DNA from: Pseudomonadota bacterium
GTDB taxonomy: Bacteria; Pseudomonadota; Gammaproteobacteria; Methylococcales; Methylomonadaceae
Direction: 5' to 3'
Length of the DNA stretch: 10,558 bases
Assembly: GCA_039805765.1 (NCBI GenBank)
Contig: JBDLTP010000031.1
Coordinates: 1-10,558 of the forward strand
A program made the position numbers and the translations under genes. Positions 5,368-10,558 of this stretch are shown here, one piece after another. Every line of letters begins with the position of its first letter. The first letter of the stretch is position 1. The notes below the pieces were generated by a model. It did not search any database. It was not told the origin of the DNA and saw nothing but the letters and a program-made list of their open reading frames with translations.

Positions 5368-6210
5368 ATGACACAAATTGACAAAACAACCAAAGCGGCA
5401 ACAGCACAATCAGTAATGGCTAAATTAGATGATTTAGTTATACAGCGCGAAGCGTTCCAAGCGGAATACGACAAAGTTAACGACACCTTATTTGATTTGT
5501 TAGCTGAGTGCTTGGAAGTCTATTTGACAACGAAAGGTGGCAAAGCGGAGAAAAATGTTTTAGAAGCCATCAAAAGCGATTTTGCAGCACGTTCAATTGA
5601 AATTGGACGTCAGCCAACTGTATTGAGTTTGATCGTTCGCTATGTGTTTATTGATGATAAAAAACATGGTCGCCGTATTCAGTCCTATGTACGTGCACTA
5701 TCTTACGCAATGCAATCGGGTGCTTCGCCAGCTACTTTTGCTGATTACGTTAAGAGTTTTGGTGGCATTGAAGAAGTTGTGTCAACGCAAGGTCCCAAGC
5801 CAGCGACCATTCTTAAACGTGACACGCTAAAAGCACAAGTATCAGTTGTTCAAAATGAATTACCTGATGCTCAAGTGCTTGCTACTGTTGCACCATCGCA
5901 CTTAGTTAAGCCAGAAGAAACGGGCGAATATACGTTGTTAATTGGTAAAACACTGTTGTCGGGTGAAACAGAAGTGTTAGCGGTTGTACCAAAAGCAACT
6001 GATGCAATGATCAAGCAAGCAATTGCCAAAATCGCTGATGCTGAAATTGAATTTCAAAAATTGCAATTAGCATTACTTGCTGCTCAAGCACCAGCAGTAA
6101 CAGCTACTATCGCATCAGTTCCAGTTGTTACAACTGTAATTGAAGCTAATGTTGATACTGAGGCTGAATCTGCTAACGATACGACTGATTTAGACAGTAT
6201 CGCAGCTTAA
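5368..6210 (+). CDS. Hypothetical protein, 280 aa (helical N-terminal part; Ala/Val/Thr-rich, acidic C-terminal tail)
   Basis: Good RBS (GGAG 8 nt upstream of the ATG) and a long ORF. No family recognised. Confidence 0.75.
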   Translation: MTQIDKTTKAATAQSVMAKLDDLVIQREAFQAEYDKVNDTLFDLLAECLEVYLTTKGGKAEKNVLEAIKSDFAARSIEIGRQPTVLSLIVRYVFIDDKKHGRRIQSYVRALSYAMQSGASPATFADYVKSFGGIEEVVSTQGPKPATILKRDTLKAQVSVVQNELPDAQVLATVAPSHLVKPEETGEYTLLIGKTLLSGETEVLAVVPKATDAMIKQAIAKIADAEIEFQKLQLALLAAQAPAVTATIASVPVVTTVIEANVDTEAESANDTTDLDSIAA

Positions 6211-6220
6211 TTTCTCAAAC

Positions 6221-6247
6221 AAAGCGGAAGCTAATCCCTTCCGCTTT
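6221..6247 (+). terminator. Hairpin downstream of the 280-aa gene (possible weak terminator or attenuator)
   Basis: 10-bp stem AAAGCGGAAG/CTTCCGCTTT with a 7-nt loop. Only three T residues follow directly, so termination efficiency is doubtful. Confidence 0.4.
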
Positions 6248-6270
6248 AAACCCATTTTTGGAGGCTAAAG

Positions 6271-6807
6271 ATGTATAAAATATTTGAAAATATTGAAACT
6301 AATATTATTGATTTTAATGTAGGAAAAATACTCGTCTGTAAAAATGACCCTTTTTTGAGAATTAAAACATTAAAAATGCTTGCGAACTGTCAAAAAATTA
6401 AAGAAATAGAACATAATTGGAATGATTATAGTAATACTGAAGAGTTTAAACAAAATAGATATATCAATCTAGCTTATAGTGCAATTGGTGAAAATGAGAG
6501 TGAAGATTTAAGGATTTTTAAGGTTGATAATTCGGCTACATCACAACAGTTGGTAACGACAAACTATTTCGTTAACGCACTTGAATTTGATGAAAACTCT
6601 TTTAAGCATTTTACACACTGTAAATATTTATTAAATGAATCTCAAAATTTTAAAGAAATATTTAATGATAATTTTGATTGTTCCTATCCTCAATTGGCAA
6701 AGAATAAAAAAAGCGAAATAGAGTATTACTTAGATGATTTTGAAAATAAGCTATGTAATTATTATACACAACAATTGAACAGCTACCATTTGAATAATAA
6801 ATGGTAA
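6271..6807 (+). CDS. Hypothetical protein, 178 aa, AT-rich paralog 1
   Basis: RBS GGAGG 7 nt upstream. Shares a core with the next ORF: FKVDNSATSQQLVTTNYFVNALEFDENSFKHFTHC versus FKVDDSATSKLIIYTGNVIGALEFDEPAFIDFVHC. Both end in KW. Confidence 0.7.
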   Translation: MYKIFENIETNIIDFNVGKILVCKNDPFLRIKTLKMLANCQKIKEIEHNWNDYSNTEEFKQNRYINLAYSAIGENESEDLRIFKVDNSATSQQLVTTNYFVNALEFDENSFKHFTHCKYLLNESQNFKEIFNDNFDCSYPQLAKNKKSEIEYYLDDFENKLCNYYTQQLNSYHLNNKW

Positions 6808-6859
6808 TTGATAAATTTAAAATAAAACATTTTAAGTTAACTTTTTTGAGGATTTTACT

Positions 6860-7348
6860 ATGAATATTGGAAGAATATTGTTCTTTAAAGATGAAAATAA
6901 CGATATTGATATTAATGAGCTAAGAATAAATCTTTCGTGTAATGAAATAGTAGAGGTTCAGTGGATTAAAAAATATCTTTATCAATGCTGTATTTCAATC
7001 GAATCTATGTACGATTTTGATGATTACAAAGTTTTTAAGGTTGATGATTCTGCAACTTCTAAATTAATAATCTATACAGGAAATGTAATTGGTGCACTTG
7101 AATTTGATGAGCCAGCTTTTATAGATTTCGTGCACTGTATACAGCTAAAAGTAGTTAACAGTTTTTTAAATAATGTTGATAATTATATGGATTTATTACA
7201 GAGTCATCCTTTTGATTCAATCCATGTCGATAGACCTAATGAATTGATAGAAGAGCTTAAAGTGAATTTAGTCAATTTATTTTATACACCAAATTTAATG
7301 GAAGACCCTGATGTACGTTTAAAACGTCATTTAAGTTTAAAATGGTAG
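6860..7348 (+). CDS. Hypothetical protein, 162 aa, AT-rich paralog 2
   Basis: RBS GAGGA upstream. Paralogous to 6271-6807 and followed by a strong terminator. Confidence 0.7.
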   Translation: MNIGRILFFKDENNDIDINELRINLSCNEIVEVQWIKKYLYQCCISIESMYDFDDYKVFKVDDSATSKLIIYTGNVIGALEFDEPAFIDFVHCIQLKVVNSFLNNVDNYMDLLQSHPFDSIHVDRPNELIEELKVNLVNLFYTPNLMEDPDVRLKRHLSLKW

Positions 7349-7371
7349 TTCATTTTGTGTAAGTTCTGATG

Positions 7372-7406
7372 AAAAGCCGTTGCTCTAAATGAGTGACGGC
7401 TTTTTT
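7372..7406 (+). terminator. Rho-independent terminator
   Basis: Stem AAAAGCCGT (7372-7380) / ACGGCTTTT (7396-7404) with a 15-nt loop and a T6 run. Confidence 0.75.
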
Positions 7407-7469
7407 GCGTTTACGTAAAATATCGCTGCTAATAACTATTGCTCGGCGTTCCATTCCTCACTCAATCAA

Positions 7470-7501
7470 TCTCAAGTGCTTGCCAAATTAAACACTTGAG
7501 A
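7470..7501. other. 9-bp perfect inverted repeat TCTCAAGTG-N14-CACTTGAGA
   Basis: Seen directly. It carries the CAAGTG/CACTTG core also found in the terminal inverted repeats of elements A and B, and AAGTGCTTG as at 1570 and 1849. Confidence 0.4.
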
Positions 7502-7564
7502 TGTGCCATCTTAAAAATAAATTCCTATTTCTTATTTAAAACAATCAATTACAGAAAAATATTT

Positions 7565-7610
7565 AAACAAGTTGTTGTCGTAACATCGCGTTGTAACATC
7601 GTACTGTTTT
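7565..7610 (+). repeat. 46-bp repeat R5: AAACAAGTTGTTGTCGTAACATCGCGTTGTAACATCGTACTGTTTT
   Basis: Same family and orientation. Confidence 0.85.
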
Positions 7611-7650
7611 ATCGTTTCATCAAAATTACTGCATGCTTTGTTATCATCTC

Positions 7651-7696
7651 AAATAGAGCGTTGTCGTAACGTCGTGTTGTAACATCGCGCTGTTTT
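7651..7696 (+). repeat. 46-bp repeat R6: AAATAGAGCGTTGTCGTAACGTCGTGTTGTAACATCGCGCTGTTTT
   Basis: Same family and orientation. Confidence 0.85.
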
Positions 7697-7770
7697 TGTA
7701 AAATGGGATAATATGTTGAATTTTAAATGGACTTTCTTATTAATAAACAGATAGTTGTATCAAAATGATA

Positions 7771-7816
7771 AAACAGGCCGTTGTCGTAACGTTGTGTTGT
7801 AACATCGTGCTGTTTG
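7771..7816 (+). repeat. 46-bp repeat R7: AAACAGGCCGTTGTCGTAACGTTGTGTTGTAACATCGTGCTGTTTG
   Basis: Same family and orientation. Lies 54 bp from the stop codon of the recombinase gene. A short partial start (AAACAGATAGTTGTATC) lies at 7745-7761. Confidence 0.9.
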
Positions 7817-7828
7817 CATGATGTAACG

Positions 7829-7859
7829 AAAAGCACTGCCATTTTCAAAACAGCAGTGC
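7829..7859 (-). terminator. Possible terminator of the recombinase gene
   Basis: On the minus strand, a GCACTGC/GCAGTGC 7-bp stem with a 13-nt loop is followed by TTTTC. The T run is short. Confidence 0.4.
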
Positions 7860-7869
7860 ACACATGGCA

Positions 7870-8436
7870 TTAGATCAACGCCACCGCTTGACGTTTCATA
7901 TCATCATTTACATCAATATAGCGCTGTGTGGTAGAAATACAAGAATGGCCGGCAAGGGAAGCAAGTACACGAACGCTAACGCCTTTCGCTGCTAACGTGG
8001 TAATGAACGTGCGTCTGCCGGAATGTGAACTTGCGCCATTTAAGCCCGCGCGTTTGTAGAGCCAGAAAAAATATTGCGCAAGCGTATTCGCAGTAAAGCC
8101 TCTGCGTTTTTGCGTAGTGAAAAATGGCTCGGTTGGATTAACGCGTGTTAACTCCTTTGCGTAGCTCTGCAACTCTTTCTGCAAGCGCTCATTTAAAAAG
8201 ACCGTGCGTTCATGTCCGCCTTTCGTTTGCGTAGCCAGTAAACGTATTTCATTTCTAACAATGCCACTTTCGTCAATTACATCGCAATAACGCAGCTGAG
8301 CCACTTCGCCTACACGTAATCCGCCAAGCGTTGTCAGTAAAAACATCGCCCGATTGCGTTTTGCGTGTTTGTCTAAAGCGATCATTGCGAGCACTTGTTT
8401 AATTTCGGGTTGGGTAAGTGTTTTAGCTTGTGACAT
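7870..8436 (-). CDS. Minimal tyrosine recombinase (catalytic domain only, ~188 aa)
   Basis: Catalytic signature present: GGLRVGE (Arg I), HSGRRT (His-x-x-Arg), LAGHS and TTQRY (Tyr nucleophile). Start chosen at MSQAKTL (ATG 8436) because GGAG lies 8 nt upstream; the longest ORF would start at 8487. Confidence 0.85.
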   Translation of the reverse strand: MSQAKTLTQPEIKQVLAMIALDKHAKRNRAMFLLTTLGGLRVGEVAQLRYCDVIDESGIVRNEIRLLATQTKGGHERTVFLNERLQKELQSYAKELTRVNPTEPFFTTQKRRGFTANTLAQYFFWLYKRAGLNGASSHSGRRTFITTLAAKGVSVRVLASLAGHSCISTTQRYIDVNDDMKRQAVALI

Positions 8437-8474
8437 GGTGTTTTGCTCCAATAGATAATAATTTGTGTGCGTAA

Positions 8475-8504
8475 AGTATATTTTCATATCTTCGCAAATA
8501 GCAA
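8475..8504 (-). promoter_or_regulatory. Putative promoter for the 7870-8436 recombinase gene (-35 TTGCTA, 18-bp spacer, -10 TATACT on the minus strand)
   Basis: Hexamers read directly from the reverse complement. Not supported by anything else. Confidence 0.3.
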
Positions 8505-8574
8505 CAAAAATTCGTTATATATTAACCACTTGAAAACACTAAGCCTTTCGATGTAAGATAATAGAATGTAGATT

Positions 8575-9093
8575 CTATTTGGTTTTGAACATTTTTAATG
8601 ACAGAAAAGAATAAGCGGATTTTGAGCTATCTGCGTCTTGCGCGTGTAAATAAGTATTCCGACAAGATTCGCTGCTTGCATCAATGCCTAAGTTTTTAAA
8701 CAACCAAAAGAAATGCTGCGTAAGTGTATTTTGAGAAAATCCGCGTTTGGGTTCTTTTTGAGTATAAAACAATGGCGCTGCTGGATTAAGGTCATTAAGC
8801 GTGGCAATGTAGCGTTGCAGTTCAATTTTAAGTCCTTTGCATATTAAAACGCTGTGGACTTGCTGGTTTTTGGCTTGCTCTGGTCGCAAATGGATTTCAT
8901 CTCGCACCTGCCCACATTCATCAAGTACATCGCCAACAAGTAATGCAGCAGTTTCTTTTACGGAAAGCCCAGCAAGTACCATAATTAAAATCATTGCCCG
9001 ATTGCGCTCTGCGTGTTTAGTGACTGCAATGCTATCAAGTGTCCGCTTGAGATCGTCGCAGGTTAATATTTTGGCTGTTTTGATGTTTTTCAT
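8575..9093 (-). CDS. Tyrosine-recombinase-like paralog, catalytically degenerate and C-terminally truncated (accessory protein or pseudogene)
   Basis: 172 aa, clearly paralogous to the neighbour (KHAERNRAMILIMVLAGLSVKET versus KHAKRNRAMFLLTTLGGLRVGEV; FFWLFKNLG versus FFWLYKRAG). However, Arg I is Ser, HSGRR is ESCRN, and the ORF ends before the GH...Y segment. Good RBS (GGAG). Confidence 0.65.
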   Translation of the reverse strand: MKNIKTAKILTCDDLKRTLDSIAVTKHAERNRAMILIMVLAGLSVKETAALLVGDVLDECGQVRDEIHLRPEQAKNQQVHSVLICKGLKIELQRYIATLNDLNPAAPLFYTQKEPKRGFSQNTLTQHFFWLFKNLGIDASSESCRNTYLHAQDADSSKSAYSFLSLKMFKTK

Positions 9094-9223
9094 AATTGAG
9101 TGCTCCGTTAGGTAAATAAACCTTTTTCTATTTATTTATCAAATAAAGGAGCTGATGGACTGCTGCAGAGTTAAAAAGACAGTTCGGGTTGAATTTACAC
9201 TTATTATATATAGATGAATTTGA

Positions 9224-9297
9224 GCCATTTCCGGTTGTCCAACCAACGCCTCTGAAACTAAAGTTATGTCACATTAACTTAGATCGGAGTACACAAC
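9224..9297 (+). promoter_or_regulatory. Conserved promoter/operator/leader, copy 1 (-35 TTGTCC 9235-9240, 18-bp spacer, -10 TAAAGT 9259-9264, palindrome 9258-9282, RBS GGAG)
   Basis: A 74-bp block repeated in inverted orientation at 10168-10241. The hexamers and palindrome are conserved while the spacer differs. Confidence 0.55.
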
Positions 9298-9738
9298 ATG
9301 GCAACATTACTTAGCTCACTTAAATTAGTTTCAGCAACACGCGACAACAAAGTTTCACCCGTATTGCAGCGCAGACAAAAATTAATCAAAAAAATTGATG
9401 AACAAATGGAGCTGGCGAAGGCGCAAGCAAACGGATCAATTTATAGTCCGACCAAATTCAAAAATATCGTTAATGCTGAAACAGGTACAAATGAGTACAA
9501 GCAAGTACCAAAACGTATTCGCGCTTGGTGGTGGAAAAACGAAGCAGGCAAATTGAATTTGGTTGTGCGTTATGGCGCACGTATTATTGAATTGGGCAAA
9601 GGAAAAAACAGCATTGAACTTGAAAACGAAGCAGCCATTTTGCCAACGCTTGAAGTAATCAAAAAAGCAGTTGAAGCTGGCGAGCTAGATGATGCAATGA
9701 CGGCTGTGAGCAAAGCCGTGTTGTTAAATCTTAACTGA
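9298..9738 (+). CDS. Hypothetical protein, 146 aa (plasmid/ICE-type small conserved protein; family not named)
   Basis: Good RBS, then a strong terminator. RRQKLIKKIDEQ...RAWWWKNEAGKLNLVVRYGARIIELGKGKNSIEL feels familiar from genomic islands, but I cannot name the family reliably. Confidence 0.7.
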   Translation: MATLLSSLKLVSATRDNKVSPVLQRRQKLIKKIDEQMELAKAQANGSIYSPTKFKNIVNAETGTNEYKQVPKRIRAWWWKNEAGKLNLVVRYGARIIELGKGKNSIELENEAAILPTLEVIKKAVEAGELDDAMTAVSKAVLLNLN

Positions 9739-9751
9739 GTTTTAAATAGCT

Positions 9752-9788
9752 AGAGCTAACGTCATTATTGGCGTTAGCTCTTTTTTTA
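9752..9788. terminator. Bidirectional rho-independent terminator between convergent genes
   Basis: 10-bp perfect stem AGAGCTAACG (9752-9761) / CGTTAGCTCT (9772-9781) with a 10-nt loop and T7 on the plus strand. Confidence 0.8.
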
Positions 9789-9798
9789 TCTGCGTAAA

Positions 9799-10167
9799 TC
9801 AATATTCACGCGGCAACATAATCACCCACATGTCACCTGTGTAACACGCGTAAAGTTTTATCACATCAAGTTCAAAATCCGTGTATTCAATAAATTGCTC
9901 AGCAAGGATGTTGTCGTTCCCATCATCCAATTTCAGCAAAGCTGTGCACGAACTTTCAGAGCGCGAAACAGTTAAATTAGCAACGATGAAAGTTTCCTTT
10001 TGCGTAAACTCCGGCAGGTAACTTGCAATTGCAGTCATAAGCCAATATGCGCCACCTTTGTCAGCAACGAACTTTGCTCCATCCGTTATTACTGTATCAG
10101 GTGTAATGCGATAGTAACGCTCTGTGCCGCTGAAGTTGTTTAATTCATTTACCCATTGTGCTGTCAT
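9799..10167 (-). CDS. Hypothetical protein, 122 aa, resembling the DUF6876-type proteins of plasmids/ICEs
   Basis: FSGTERYYR...TDGAKFVADKGGAYWLMTAI...YTDFEL matches my recollection of that family signature (F-GTE-YYR, TDG, GAYWL). The family name comes from memory and is unverified. Confidence 0.65.
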   Translation of the reverse strand: MTAQWVNELNNFSGTERYYRITPDTVITDGAKFVADKGGAYWLMTAIASYLPEFTQKETFIVANLTVSRSESSCTALLKLDDGNDNILAEQFIEYTDFELDVIKLYACYTGDMWVIMLPREY

Positions 10168-10241
10168 TTTTTGTACTCCGATTAAAGTTAATGTGAAATA
10201 ACTTTAATTTCAGACCGACTTAATGGACAACCGGAAATGGC
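10168..10241 (-). promoter_or_regulatory. Conserved promoter/operator/leader, copy 2 (minus strand: -35 TTGTCC 10230-10225, -10 TAAAGT 10206-10201, perfect palindrome ATTAAAGTTA-N8-TAACTTTAAT 10181-10208)
   Basis: Inverted copy of 9224-9297, positioned identically relative to its start codon. Confidence 0.55.
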
Positions 10242-10279
10242 GTGCTTGGACTAAATACAAAGAAAAGGAGAATCTCGTT

Positions 10280-10558
10280 ATGAGAATAAATGAAATTACC
10301 AAATCAAATGACAAATTGGAATTATTGCGTATGATAGACGCTGCAATATGGCATGCGTTTGATGCAGAAAGTGCGTATGGAGATTATGACGAAACTAACG
10401 CAGAACAAGGCGTTGCAGCTGCACCTGTCAATACTAATCAAGTTGCACCAAAACCAGCCGCTATTCAAAAACCCACTACACCAGTTAAAAAGCTCACCCA
10501 ACAGCAGCAAGCGCATGTCAAAACGTTAGGACCAAAAGAACTTCTGCATTACATCAAA
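10280..10558 (+). CDS. Hypothetical protein, 5' partial (MRINEITKSNDKLELLRMIDAAIWHAFDAE..., runs off the window)
   Basis: ATG at 10280 is preceded by AAGGAG (10265-10270), and the frame is open for 93 codons to the window end. It is absent from the ORF track because there is no stop. Preferred over the antisense 64-aa ORF. Confidence 0.6.
   Translation, partial: MRINEITKSNDKLELLRMIDAAIWHAFDAESAYGDYDETNAEQGVAAAPVNTNQVAPKPAAIQKPTTPVKKLTQQQQAHVKTLGPKELLHYIK

Noticed and set aside
5642-5830. 62-aa plus-strand ORF
   Set aside because: It is an alternative frame inside the 280-aa gene and has no RBS.
7439-7669. 76-aa plus-strand ORF
   Set aside because: It spans the 7470-7501 palindrome and repeats R5/R6 and shows the same repeat-translation artefact (VVVTSRCN). 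It also begins just downstream of the 7372-7406 terminator.
1241-7816. CRISPR array formed by the 46-bp repeats
   Set aside because: The copies are only about 75-90% identical to each other. They occur in clusters of just 2-3 with irregular spacing (29-74 bp inside clusters, kilobases between them), and no cas genes are present.
1241-7816. Classical integron attC sites or a CALIN
   Set aside because: There is no IntI-type integrase; the recombinases are ~190 aa and lack the IntI architecture. There are no RYYYAAC/GTTRRRY core sites. The repeats are dominated by internal direct sub-repeats rather than the imperfect long palindrome of attC.
1241-7816. dif/pdif-type Xer sites
   Set aside because: CATAA is present, but the required inverted arm (TTATG) at 6-bp spacing is absent. 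The repeat is 46 bp, not 28 bp.
8837-9115. 92-aa plus-strand ORF
   Set aside because: It is antisense to the recombinase-like paralog.
10322-10516. 64-aa minus-strand ORF
   Set aside because: It is antisense to the plus-strand ORF starting at 10280, which has a canonical AAGGAG RBS and stays open to the window end.
1-10558. IS element, transposase, tRNA or rRNA genes
   Set aside because: No ORF has transposase-like motifs, and no tRNA- or rRNA-like sequence was recognised on either strand.

Overview
AT-leaning (about 40% G+C by eye) accessory DNA with no rRNA, tRNA, CRISPR array or transposase. The gene content suggests a plasmid, ICE or genomic island of a Gram-negative, gammaproteobacterial-like host; this is inference. 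Left to right: the 3' end of an unknown gene plus terminator (1-204); a DinJ/YafQ type II toxin-antitoxin pair (277-812); about 1.5 kb with no credible long ORF, built from several repeat families (812-2320); a minus-strand divergent, exonuclease-less family-A (Pol I-like) polymerase homolog (2322-3740); a conserved structured noncoding element (3809-4031); a 354-aa orphan gene (4034-5098, minus); a plus-strand block of a 280-aa orphan and two very AT-rich tandem paralogs (5368-7348); a second repeat cluster (7565-7816); two adjacent minimal tyrosine recombinase genes, one intact and one catalytically degenerate (7870-9093, minus); and three small plasmid/ICE-type genes, two of which share a duplicated promoter/operator (9224-10558). 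Most notable features: (i) a 46-bp repeat in seven same-orientation copies, in three clusters that bracket the cargo and end 55 bp from the recombinase genes, which suggests an undescribed non-integron cassette or recombination platform; (ii) the minimal PolA-like protein, which keeps the two catalytic Asp but appears to have replaced several canonical nucleotide-selection residues; (iii) a promoter-plus-hairpin element in three copies (two orphan tandem copies and one next to the polymerase gene), with covarying stems and a short conserved Cys-rich ORF. All functional links among these are hypotheses. Motif alignments were done by eye, and no database search was possible.
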